Virus record (IMG/VR): IMGVR_UViG_3300013093_000023
Coordinates: 62,001 to 124,550 of that record
Source of the DNA: an uncultured virus (IMG/VR IMGVR_UViG_3300013093_000023)
Taxonomy: Duplodnaviria; Heunggongvirae; Uroviricota; Caudoviricetes
Direction: 5' to 3' (one strand)
DNA length: 62,550 nt
The notes beneath the pieces are model-generated. The model was not told the origin of the DNA. It saw only the letters and a list, made by a program, of their open reading frames with translations, and searched no databases. This document shows positions 22,001 to 29,360 of this stretch, piece after piece. The first letter of the stretch is position 1. Each line of letters starts with the position of its first letter. A program made the position numbers and the translations under genes.

Positions 22001-24930
22001 GGCACTACATAAACTGGTATGCTACTGGCTACGATTCGACTGTGGCTCCAAATATAACAGTTGCTACCACGCTTGATCTAGGTAAAATTACACTGACACC
22101 AAACACCTATGTCAAGGTAAATGATGCTGGCGATGGACTATTTGAAATCTACTACGTTGACAGCAGTTTGAATAAAACTCTTGTTGGTATAGAAAACGGA
22201 ACTATTCAGATTAGTACAGGTTCTATTCCTGGTCCTGAATTGCGTCAAATTCTAATTGCGTTAAAAGACGAAATATTCATCGATGATTTATCAGCAGACG
22301 GAAATCAAATTTTCTTCTCAATGATCAAATATGCGTTGACAGAACAAAAAAATCTTGATTGGGTATTTAAAACCAGTTTCTTAAGTGCTACACAGTACTT
22401 ACGTAAACTTGAACAATTCCCTAGCTATATTGCGGACAATCAAACTTATTATCAGCAATACATCAACGAAGTTAAGCCTTACCGAACAATTTTACGTGAG
22501 TTTGTTGTTGACTATCTAGGCAACGATCAATACTCAGGCGATGTCACAGACTTTGACTTGCCAGCATATTGGGACGCCTCGCTTGGTGTGTATCGCAGTC
22601 CAAGTGGTGAACAATCATATGACGATGGATTACTCAGCAACAATGGCCAATACCAATCTTGGGCCAACAATCACAGCTATAGCCTAGTTGGAATTACAGT
22701 TGATAACCCAGGACAAAATTATATTTTCCCACCACAGATTGTTCTAAGATATTCCGATGATCCAAAATCTCCAGTAATCCCAAATGCCAATGCCTATGCT
22801 GTATTAAATGGTGTAGGTGGTGTCGGAGAAATTATTGTAACAACTCCTGGTACTGGTTTAACTACTACTCCAAATATCACAATCAATGGGTCAGGAACTG
22901 GCGCAGTTGCTAGCCCAATCTTACGCAACGTCTATACTGGATTTACAGCTAATTCATATAACCTAGTTCGTAGCATTGGAACAACTATAAAGTTTGATCG
23001 TACCACGTATACAAATGCCAACACTTTTGTATTCTGGGATCAGGTCAGTGCTAACAATGTTATTTTGGCTAATACTATTGTTGTAAACGGTGAAGATTTA
23101 TACAAATTAACTGTAACCGATTGGCAGGCCAATACAGCGGCCAACGTTGGTACATTAATTTACTATAATGGCAACACCTATACTGTAACTGGTAATGTCG
23201 AGGGTCCTGTATTTTCAAGTATCCAGGCCAATGCTAATTTGTCAGTGGCAGGACAACGTGCTTATAGTGTAACCAGCAGTCTTGCTTTACCAATTGTAAA
23301 CTTAATACCACTTAAGGCTGGAGATTTTAACAACGCCAATGACCGTATTATTGCGTTCAATGGAAATATTGATCTAACTACAACAACAGATGGTATGAGC
23401 TATCCAGGGGTTATAGTCGATGGCAATACCTATGTTGGCACAGAGTACGATGCTGTTGTACAAAGTGCGTTTACAGATAGTGTAGGAGTAAATCCTGGCG
23501 ATATTAACATTGACGGCGGTGCTTACATTAGTACATTCAGCACACACGCACCTCAAGAATTAGTTCCAGGTCGTATGTATGATAGTTTAAATCTAACAGT
23601 ATACGACAAAGATGCATTATCATATCGTATTTTTAACAATATGAATCAATCAGTTAACTATTACAGAATTGCTTCAAACAATTCTGTGACATTAACTAGA
23701 TCTTTGGCACTAACAGATACAGCTATACAGGTCAATGATGCTACCAAATTGCCTTTGCCTGACAGACAATTAAATATTCCAGGCGTGATATTTGTTAACG
23801 GAGAAAAAATTGTTTACTGGAGAAACTACGCATTAGAAACTCCATTTACCTGGCAGGCTAATTTAAATATTTCAGTGGGTGAATTGGTTAGCCACAACAG
23901 CAACACTTACGTGACTACTGGTAATATCTACGACATTTATGGAAACTGGGCTAACATTCAAGCAAATACTAGCCGTGTTACTAATTTTAATACTATTACA
24001 CAATTACGTCGTGCAGTAGACGGCACAAGTCCACAGACTGTTCATGCTGCCGGTAGTCTTGCTATTGATGCCAGTGTTGATCAGGCAATCCCGGGTATAT
24101 TTGAAATACAAACAAAACTAACATCAAATACCAGCTACAAAGTAACAGATTCAAGTGCTATTACGTTTGCTTTAAAATTAACAGCGCCAATTAGTGCCAA
24201 CGTTGGAGATATTTTAACACAAAAAGTTACTATTGATCCTTGGACTGACGCAGACTACGAATCAAATAGATATGTTTACTATAACGGCAGTACTTATTTG
24301 ACTACTGGTAACATTCTGATCCCAACAGTACCTTGGACGCCAAATACTGTATTTGCCAACGCAACATTTATCAGTAATGGTAATGTTACCTATCTAACAA
24401 CTGGTAATGTCTATGCCAGCAACTTTGCCAACATTATTGCTAACGTAGCAACAGGGCACAGTAAGTTTGAAAAGATTTTAACATCAGGTAATGTATCATT
24501 TGCTTTTGCTGGAAACACAATTACCAGTGTAACTATGCGAGCAATGGATACAATCAGTAATTCAACCATAATACCAATTGTAATTACAAATGGTAGTATC
24601 ACTAACTTACCAGAAATTTTTGATGGTACTGGATTTGACGTTGAAGCTTTTGATAACACACCCGGTGCGTTGTACATTCAGGGCCCAAATCAACCAATAC
24701 CTATAAATGCCTACAGTTTTGTACGTAGTGCTTCAATATTGGGAGAAGTTGACATCACTGGTTATGCCGCAGTTAAAGCAAATTCGACAATTACCAGCAC
24801 ACGTACCTGGTACACCCCAGGCCCAGTTACAGCAACAAATGGAAGAGGTTTAATTAATAGCGCAACACCACAGGCCAACTTCTTAAAAGCCAGCAGAGGA
24901 TTTACTCCAGTACCAGGAACAACCCCATGA
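13072..24930 (+). CDS. Giant 3952-aa virion structural protein (baseplate wedge gp7-like scaffold with beta-propeller and carbohydrate-binding-like inserts)
   Basis: Follows gp6; KGTKNSI and YINEVKPYRT wedge-like motifs; FG-GAP-like repeats (FGTSIA...VGAPG) at ~19600-20760. Confidence 0.7.
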   Translation: MAQISSLNFLPEVFRSSANQRFLGATVDQLIADPVKRPISGYIGRKFAPTYKLGDNYVPELSGGRQDYQLEPSVVIKDSDKNIVFNAGYIDLLRSVQTNNGSVTDHQKLFGSEYYNYDGHFDYDKFINYSDYYWMPNGPDSVNVTAGTTPYEATYIVTRNTDVGGYTFSTLGGHPNTQITLARGGTYKFIVDQPGNPFWIQSEPGITGTDPNVPTLTTRDVFGVKNNGTDKGTITFSVPQTTAQDFYTLMPVAGQVDTAFAYSYTKIQNRLLSDFLVEFPDGLDGVSNLLQNKTFIFVGNLIDDNDWTTPDLPAEFTNSQITLTSGGVVPQATRTGIWQLILVPTLAGDFVIQLEPYGPVLPRQKVFVKGGKTYASTAFWLENTYQYKVIPPITSVKEYLYYQDANTGDFTGEIKIVDNSTVPIDVDNDIVGQIGYTSPNGVIFTNGLLIQFDSLVTPSTYALKQYYVEGVGQSITLVPVAGLTVPPGLSSLVSSTGDYITINRASQDGNSWSATNRWFHKDVLAAAAGYNNQATINYGPVIQARRPIIEFEPDIQLWQFGRQAKTKVDLFITASTDAFAEIEGQITYTLDGVTLTPGLRIIFSNDYDINVTNNIYTVSIESINSRNFIRLVLTADDPVLDGETIFVNSGANANKIFSYVGATASWLECQAKTTFNQAPLFDLVDADGYSFGDTTMYPASTFAGTKFFGYATATGTNDSILGFPLKYQNFNNIGDIVFQNYYDTDSFTYTGGAKDCNSGYIKKNSGLLSSEKFNNWIVGVEPTHQYQVFTRFFDGHVVTINNVEYAFLQLDILPADQATIPYVKVYLNNKLLTATTDYQITKYGVYDVLLFTSIPAVHDKIDIKIYSNNASTIAYYEVPDNLNYNPLNENFDTVTLGQIRNHYTKLIENTAATVTGNRPLHDSYIKAQGGTLLQQSSPVVYATAFLNDPSVNFINAVDLARKEYTKFKNKFLSLCGTLTTIDYKDPVSGVDTILANINSIKNNSYPWYYSDMVPQGENYTTITYTVLNSRQTKYEISTIFNNTELSNRAILVYLTRAGVTTQLTVGVDYEFSLNSPAITFLTALQNNDTITLRDYSTTDGNYIPETPTKLGLFPKYVPEIYTDITYQTAQSVIRGHDGSITPAFGDFRDQYLLELERRIYNNIKADNNNNIIDFYDIIPGRFRKTEYTIESITKLLSQNFLSWVGNNNLDYTSNSWYQQDNPWTWNYAIGFSDVVDGSPLQGSWRAIYEYWFDTDTPDLTPWEMLGLSSKPTWWEEHYGPAPYTNGNTTLWEDLAAGYVWNGGNGNDYTDLRFARPGLTKFIPVDRNGNLLPPTDIPLSTQYNTRDAAGDYAVGQQGPVETAWRRSSDFPYALQVALALSKPAEYFGTQLDISRFYVNPVTGHISNVNNQKINPSLLAVNGDTTSGTVLRTSGYINWIADSIKNLGIDPVTKLNDYFSNLSVQLAYRTAGFTDQKLISVTAEQTSPGSTNASVLIPDENYQVYLNKSNTTTTVNYSAVLVEKTSTGYMVKGYDTTTPFFTITPSIANNNKTTISVNDSTLNFYKDAQATSINIPYGTVFSTSQQVVDFLISYERYLRSAGFVFDQYDQDLQLQRDFKLSAQEFAYWIQQGFPTGSIIVLNPVVDTITLNSTYSVVDEITNLPGGSRLLDQNFVPIKSNRFNIVRASKTPTLNQTVVSTVDGSNIAYGKFNLVQLEHVLIFDNVDDFGDIIYVPKLGNRQYRLGIKGSITGNWNGGLTAPGYVYSNPVISNWSEGVDYKLGDIVKFNNNYFLAAVDIPASQLFGAGNWTQIKSSNIQTGLLPSFGTNAKVFEQIYDIDNPPQDEMLQKFSAGLLGFRERSYLTDLGVNISNQTKFYQGYIRQKGTKNSIDALTRASFNNVTGNISIYEEWAFRSGTYGDIDNNKFTEVVLDQSVFTTNPVSLLLTDNYDPTNIVVNLAVTGNTVTSNVYNSSNIQSTSTSIYSNRELNSVYINDMPYAGYVNVNDIDGTIFDVINYGQVFNLVAGNKIWVAKDVNKAWNVYRVSETNLLATQLTYSLDNYARLTFNNPHSFSVGEFVIVKNFNPHWDGIYQVTAIPNQLSITIQIQDKTKLGYLISVSPAYGSGQVYTLTSYVIDSIKDVESVRPINDFIANEHVWVNNATDIGWGVYTFNRPWAANSVQRLTANSASSNALLGSTVAASPDLNKIYVGAPGSNSVQIFANSAGSYTAVGTIANTDSKFGTSIATAGNLIAVGAPGASTVHIYSTSNGISSVQTLHSPNANVAFGSQVAFNSLGNVLYVSDPTTRSVHAFAGNLQTNHWSWRAKVTANVASIATTACGDRLFVGAPTDNNGYVQNGNVYIYSFNGTAFGVAQTITSQYKNSNAGFGTSLAVDATGGNLFVGVPYSTISKSADGLVERWVYTGGQYVFNSNIVHPNEAIGSLGTSMSVSSDGQVLAVGSSGSTGEEDTTFDNNTTVIDAQSTKFIDFILNSGTVYTFEPVFDYGTPNDLGKYTYIQELSSQLHAGDQFGTGVFASRTLVVAGAPGTTVSSLANAGEVHVYANPDSSIGWTLTRCQELKVDINSINRTFIYNKKDNNILTTIDYVDPLKGKVLNAVAADIDYQRVEDPAIYNAGQGTSTDYHWGPDQVGKIWWNLDAVRYIDYEQDTLDYRLNHWGERFPGSEILVYEWVESSMLPSQYAMSSTDGTPLYPDDSYYSTYGYVDQAGNVKIKYYFWVLNKSTINTAAGKQNSVYSIAAAIENPFSQGVAYSTVLRNDAVALYNVTNRLVGTNSVLHLSSRAVDAGLIHSEYALVQEGNPSSVLPRTIQNKITDSLAGIDSAGNVVPDPNLTAAQAYGINIRPRQSVFVNRTTALANYIDIVNTKLAVYQVTRRKVLTTLNSSEAAPNSSSGQYVVSVADNTELTYVDTTQLSTGDSALVVSDTTQNSKWAIYTWTGTTWVLGRTQKYKTNAVDSNGLGIYWHYINWYATGYDSTVAPNITVATTLDLGKITLTPNTYVKVNDAGDGLFEIYYVDSSLNKTLVGIENGTIQISTGSIPGPELRQILIALKDEIFIDDLSADGNQIFFSMIKYALTEQKNLDWVFKTSFLSATQYLRKLEQFPSYIADNQTYYQQYINEVKPYRTILREFVVDYLGNDQYSGDVTDFDLPAYWDASLGVYRSPSGEQSYDDGLLSNNGQYQSWANNHSYSLVGITVDNPGQNYIFPPQIVLRYSDDPKSPVIPNANAYAVLNGVGGVGEIIVTTPGTGLTTTPNITINGSGTGAVASPILRNVYTGFTANSYNLVRSIGTTIKFDRTTYTNANTFVFWDQVSANNVILANTIVVNGEDLYKLTVTDWQANTAANVGTLIYYNGNTYTVTGNVEGPVFSSIQANANLSVAGQRAYSVTSSLALPIVNLIPLKAGDFNNANDRIIAFNGNIDLTTTTDGMSYPGVIVDGNTYVGTEYDAVVQSAFTDSVGVNPGDINIDGGAYISTFSTHAPQELVPGRMYDSLNLTVYDKDALSYRIFNNMNQSVNYYRIASNNSVTLTRSLALTDTAIQVNDATKLPLPDRQLNIPGVIFVNGEKIVYWRNYALETPFTWQANLNISVGELVSHNSNTYVTTGNIYDIYGNWANIQANTSRVTNFNTITQLRRAVDGTSPQTVHAAGSLAIDASVDQAIPGIFEIQTKLTSNTSYKVTDSSAITFALKLTAPISANVGDILTQKVTIDPWTDADYESNRYVYYNGSTYLTTGNILIPTVPWTPNTVFANATFISNGNVTYLTTGNVYASNFANIIANVATGHSKFEKILTSGNVSFAFAGNTITSVTMRAMDTISNSTIIPIVITNGSITNLPEIFDGTGFDVEAFDNTPGALYIQGPNQPIPINAYSFVRSASILGEVDITGYAAVKANSTITSTRTWYTPGPVTATNGRGLINSATPQANFLKASRGFTPVPGTTP

Positions 24931-24943
24931 TAAATACTGAATA
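24928..24943 (+). promoter_or_regulatory. Late promoter TGATAAATACTGAATA
   Basis: Identical to 9948-9963; overlaps the stop codon of the giant gene. Confidence 0.7.
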
Positions 24944-24980
24944 CAATAATAATCAACATCAAGATTTAAAGGAAGAAACA

Positions 24981-25625
24981 GTGGAAAATACACAAAAGAA
25001 GCCAGATGAGCAGTCAGGAATATATGCTCGTGGGCACATTAAGATTTTTGATCCAGAAACCAATGAAGTTTTTGTAGATAAATCAAACGCTATTCACTAT
25101 GAAAATCTTAGTGTTGCGTTGGCCAGCAGTATTGCCAATAAAGGGCAGAATTTTATCTATGAAATGAACTTTGGTAACGGCGGCACTAGTGTAGATACCA
25201 CTGGTATTATTACCTATTTGCCCACCAATACCATTGGACAAAATAGTAACTTATACAATCCAACCTATAGTAAGATTGTTGATGATACTGCGGTTAATAA
25301 TCTTAACCCTTTAAACAATAAAATGACTGTAACACATATTCCCGGTACAGTTTACACAGATATTTTAGTTAGTTGCTTGTTGGACTACGGTGAGCCAAGT
25401 GGCCAAAGTTTGTTTGATAACAGCCAAAGTCTAAACAGCGAGTATGTATTTGATGAACTAGGCCTACGCGGTCGTAGTACTGATGATACAAGCGGACTAA
25501 CATCAACTGGTTTGCTATTAACACACGTAATTTTTCACCCTGTACAAAAAGCACTAAACCGCTTAATTCAAATCGATTACACCGTGCGTATTCAAACCTT
25601 AACAAATTTAAGTTCAAACGGATAA
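24981..25625 (+). CDS. Virion structural protein (baseplate/fibre connector)
   Basis: GHIKIFD...NAIHYEN...FDELGL...THVIFHPVQK..NR motifs. GTG 24981 with AAGGAAG upstream is preferred over ATG 24927, which overlaps the promoter. Confidence 0.65.
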   Translation: MENTQKKPDEQSGIYARGHIKIFDPETNEVFVDKSNAIHYENLSVALASSIANKGQNFIYEMNFGNGGTSVDTTGIITYLPTNTIGQNSNLYNPTYSKIVDDTAVNNLNPLNNKMTVTHIPGTVYTDILVSCLLDYGEPSGQSLFDNSQSLNSEYVFDELGLRGRSTDDTSGLTSTGLLLTHVIFHPVQKALNRLIQIDYTVRIQTLTNLSSNG

Positions 25626-25631
25626 TAGAAT

Positions 25632-27704
25632 ATGGCCTATAACTTAACCAGAACAGACGGAACCGTATTAATTAACCTAGGCGATGGATACATTGATTCC
25701 AGTACCGGCGTTAATCTTATTGGCCGCAATACCCCATCTTACGGCGACGCACAAAATCAAAACTTTGTTCGTCTATTAGAAAACTTTGCCGACACGCTAC
25801 CGCCTAGTCAGACAGTAGCGGCATTAAACACACAAACAGGTACAGTTTGGTATGATACTACCAATCAGGTACTGCGTGTATATGATGGCTCCAATTGGAA
25901 TTATTCAACAGGACGCATTATTGCTAGTTCTGCTCCACTAGCATCCGGCAACATCACACTACACGCCGGTGATCAATGGTACGACAACGTCAACAACCAA
26001 CTTAATACCTGGGACGGTACTCAGTGGCAGTTGATTGGCCCGCAGGCTAGCTCTACCTATGGCAAGAGCGGTAGTTTTGTAGAAACAATATTAGATCCAG
26101 CTGGTATATACCATGTCGTAGTAAATGCCTACAGTAGTGGCAATTTAATTAGTGTTACAAATTACGATTCTACTTTTACTCCATTAACTCCTATTGCTGG
26201 TTTTACAACTATCAAGCCAGGAATTAATCTTAACACAAACAATAATAGTTTATATAATGGTACTGCTACCAACAGTACTTTATTGGCCAACATCACTCCT
26301 GCACAATTTGCTCGCAGAGATCAATATAATGCGTTTGCGTCAGACATTAGTGTTGCAGGAAACATTACATTTGGTTACGCTAACATACGCTTTACTAGTA
26401 ACAATAATATTGCTGTACACAACAACGCTTACCAAGGCAATGTTAATTTTTATGTAAATTCAGGCCTGGGCAATATCAATACTTTACACATTGATGGTGT
26501 AACTGGTTTAGCAACTGTTTATGGTGATCCTGTAACATCAAAAGGTATTGCTACTAAAAATTATGTTGACAGTATTCAATCTGGTATCAATGCCAATGTT
26601 ACAACATTAACTGGACAGGTTAATAATACATTATCAGATTTTTCAACTAGCATTGGCTCAGAGCTACAGGTTATTATTGCTCAAGCAACAGCTAACCTTA
26701 CAACCGCACAGGCATTGATTAATTCAAATGTTTCTACATTAAGTTCTTCAACTGATTCTAGATTTAATTTTGCCAATATTGAATTTGGCATTGTACAGAC
26801 TGAAATCAATTCTATAGATAATTATTTGTCATATTTGGCAACTACTGATAGCCCTGCGTTTACTGGCATACCAACAGCACCAAACGTACAGACTATGAAC
26901 AATTATATTTCTAGTCTACAAGGCAGTGAATACGTAATTACTCTAGAAAGTCCATCGGGTGTATTCAACGAAGGCGATTACCTAACACAGATATTAGTTG
27001 CCCAAACCTGGCAACCAAATACAAACTATTCACTAAACAGTTTGATTGAAAATACAGCTACAGGTAATAGTTATATTGTCTACGGTAATGTCTACGCTAA
27101 TTCATTTAGTTACATTGACCCCAACAATATTCAATATTTGTACACAGGCCGAACACATACCACAGCTAATTTTGCTGTTCAAGATGCGGTAAATGGTGCT
27201 ACCCAAGTTAATGTATCTGTAGTAAGTGGATCATTAAACGTAGCACAGCCAAGTATAATGGCTGTTAACGGCATTAATTTAAACAACGCGATTACTGGCA
27301 TACAATTATACAGTACAGGTTTACAATATCCTGGACTTGGTGATAATAGTGCTAACATCGCTACTACGGCTTATGTTGATGCTACAGCAAATTTAGTCTA
27401 TGGCGATTATGTTAATCGTGTAACTACATTAACAAACTATTTGAATACACAAATAGCACAGTTAAATGCTCTCAAAGCAAACATTGACAGTCCAACACTA
27501 ACAGGCAACGCGGCAGCTCCTACGCTGTCAAGTTTAACCTGGCAGTCAAATGTTGGAACACCACTAAGTGGAGATAGTACAACACGCATAGCAACTACAG
27601 CCTATGTTGCTCAAAGTATCCAGGGTCAGAAATTCAACTATACAGTAAGTAGCCAGCCACCAAGCGGTGGTAATGATGGCGACTTCTGGTTCCAAGTAAG
27701 CTAA
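25632..27704 (+). CDS. Tail fibre protein
   Basis: Shared N-terminal LIG.N...YG..QNQNFVRLLENFA module, SPAFTGIPTAP and IATTAYV fibre motifs, C-terminal GDFWFQ. Confidence 0.75.
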   Translation: MAYNLTRTDGTVLINLGDGYIDSSTGVNLIGRNTPSYGDAQNQNFVRLLENFADTLPPSQTVAALNTQTGTVWYDTTNQVLRVYDGSNWNYSTGRIIASSAPLASGNITLHAGDQWYDNVNNQLNTWDGTQWQLIGPQASSTYGKSGSFVETILDPAGIYHVVVNAYSSGNLISVTNYDSTFTPLTPIAGFTTIKPGINLNTNNNSLYNGTATNSTLLANITPAQFARRDQYNAFASDISVAGNITFGYANIRFTSNNNIAVHNNAYQGNVNFYVNSGLGNINTLHIDGVTGLATVYGDPVTSKGIATKNYVDSIQSGINANVTTLTGQVNNTLSDFSTSIGSELQVIIAQATANLTTAQALINSNVSTLSSSTDSRFNFANIEFGIVQTEINSIDNYLSYLATTDSPAFTGIPTAPNVQTMNNYISSLQGSEYVITLESPSGVFNEGDYLTQILVAQTWQPNTNYSLNSLIENTATGNSYIVYGNVYANSFSYIDPNNIQYLYTGRTHTTANFAVQDAVNGATQVNVSVVSGSLNVAQPSIMAVNGINLNNAITGIQLYSTGLQYPGLGDNSANIATTAYVDATANLVYGDYVNRVTTLTNYLNTQIAQLNALKANIDSPTLTGNAAAPTLSSLTWQSNVGTPLSGDSTTRIATTAYVAQSIQGQKFNYTVSSQPPSGGNDGDFWFQVS

Positions 27705-27707
27705 GTC

Positions 27708-28733
27708 ATGTACGGACGTGGAATATTTGTTAAAAAGAACGGACTTTGGGTCGAAACTACTCCGAGGGTAGCCGACCACAATAATCCACTGGCCAGTAAT
27801 ACTGGTAATACTGTTGTTGTTAGCGTTACAATTATTGGCGGCAGTGGTGGATCTGGTGGCGGCAATGGATACCCTGGTTATAACGGGCGTCAGGTCACTG
27901 GCAATCTTACACTAGGCTATAGCGATCAAATTACTGTAGCTATTGGCGCAGGTGGCGGAGCAGGTTCAGGAGGCGCCGGAGCTGGAGGTGGCAGTGGTGG
28001 CGCAAACAATCTAGGATTCAATGGAGCCAATGGTGGATCGGCTGGATCCGGTGGTGGTAACTCTGGAGGCGGTGGTGGTGGAGCAACCGTACTATTGCTA
28101 AACAAACAATTAAAAATCGTTGCCGGAGGCGGCGGAGGTGGAGGTGGCGGCGGAGCCAGCTCTGATGGTCGAGCAAATCAAGGCTATACTAGCGACGGAC
28201 ACCAATATGGATTACCCGGACAAGACAAAACATCTGGTGGTAATCAATATGTTGGGGGTGGCGGTGGTGGCAAGATCATCTGTACCAAACTATATCAGTT
28301 GGGATTATTGCCTGAAGACATTTATGCGGCAGACCAAGCATTTGGTGCTCGCTTAGTTGAACGTTACCCAGATGTATATAATGGCTATAGAGCTTGGGCA
28401 GAAATAGTAGTCGATTGGATGTCGGGTGATGGCCCACAAATGATGTTCTGGATACGTGACACAGAGCAACGTCGGCAGGCACAAATTAACTGGTCCACTC
28501 GGTGGGCACAGGCAATAGCAACTCCTTGGGCCAATTGGATGGCTAATCGCAACAGCCGTACTGGATTTGCCTTAATGGTAGTTGGTACTCCAATTAGTTA
28601 CGGGGTAGGTGTATGGCGTCGAGTATTTGGTGCCAGCAAAAAGCCAGCTGGATTTGTTAAAGGGCTAGCCTTAATTGGTGTATTTACGCTACTACGAACT
28701 GTAGTAACCATTGGAAAATTGTTAGGAAAATAA
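27708..28733 (+). CDS. Glycine-rich tail protein fragment 1 fused to KIICT Cys domain with hydrophobic C-terminus
   Basis: Gly-rich residues 1-188, then GGGGGG-KIICTKLY domain ending GLALIGVFTLLRTVVTIGKLLGK. Confidence 0.7.
   Translation: MYGRGIFVKKNGLWVETTPRVADHNNPLASNTGNTVVVSVTIIGGSGGSGGGNGYPGYNGRQVTGNLTLGYSDQITVAIGAGGGAGSGGAGAGGGSGGANNLGFNGANGGSAGSGGGNSGGGGGGATVLLLNKQLKIVAGGGGGGGGGGASSDGRANQGYTSDGHQYGLPGQDKTSGGNQYVGGGGGGKIICTKLYQLGLLPEDIYAADQAFGARLVERYPDVYNGYRAWAEIVVDWMSGDGPQMMFWIRDTEQRRQAQINWSTRWAQAIATPWANWMANRNSRTGFALMVVGTPISYGVGVWRRVFGASKKPAGFVKGLALIGVFTLLRTVVTIGKLLGK
28272..28733 (+). repeat. KIICT domain copy 1 (dispersed repeat, paired with 30671-31123)
   Basis: About three-quarters amino-acid identity to copy 2 by manual alignment; shared DNA blocks such as tggtccactcg, tgggccaattggatggc, ggatttgttaaagggctagc. 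Confidence 0.9.
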
Positions 28734-28734
28734 A

Positions 28735-28953
28735 ATGTATACAATAGATAGTTTAAGTGAACAGGTTATCAATAGTTTAAGTGATGCTGAACGCGATCAA
28801 CTGTACAACATACTGGTAAACAATACTGGATTAATGTTAAAGTTAATGCCAAATTTACCTTTGTTACTACATATCAGCGGTCAAGATAGAAATATTGCTC
28901 ATCCAGTTATTGCTAATTTTGAAGCATGGAAAACAAACCAATCACAGGCCTAA
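28735..28953 (+). CDS. Hypothetical 72-aa protein
   Basis: Starts 1 nt after the upstream stop and overlaps the next gene. Confidence 0.6.
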   Translation: MYTIDSLSEQVINSLSDAERDQLYNILVNNTGLMLKLMPNLPLLLHISGQDRNIAHPVIANFEAWKTNQSQA

Positions 28954-29360
28954 CAGTACGCCGAGTCATTGGGCCAGAGCTAACAGCGTTATGGCCTAAA
29001 GTAGAGGAATACATTGGTCGAGCTCAACCTTGGGGGTATGGTGATCATACTATTGAGCAGATTAAATTAGAATTGATAGTAACAGATAGATGGATACTGC
29101 TAATAGCAGAAGATGAAAATAAGGAAATACACGGAGCCGCAACATTTACTTTTATTGAATATCCCAACGATAAGGTAGCATTTATGACTTATATAGGTGG
29201 GCACTTAGTTAGCAACCCTGCTACAAATGCTCAATTAGAACGTATATTAAAATCATATGGTGCTACTAAAATACAAGGGTTTGTTAGAAAAAGTATGGCG
29301 CGATATGCCAGAATGTTTGGATACCGTGAACGAGGAATTGTTGTAGAAACTAAATTATGA
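28926..29360 (+). CDS. GNAT-fold acyltransferase-like protein
   Basis: IHGAATF, VAFMTYIGG, GATKIQG, MFGYRE pattern and size fit a GNAT fold; ATGA-coupled to the next gene. Confidence 0.6.
   Translation: MENKPITGLTVRRVIGPELTALWPKVEEYIGRAQPWGYGDHTIEQIKLELIVTDRWILLIAEDENKEIHGAATFTFIEYPNDKVAFMTYIGGHLVSNPATNAQLERILKSYGATKIQGFVRKSMARYARMFGYRERGIVVETKL

Noticed and set aside
24927..24980. N-terminal extension MINTEYNNN of the 232-aa ORF
   Set aside because: The ATG overlaps the late promoter; GTG 24981 has an RBS and is the more likely start
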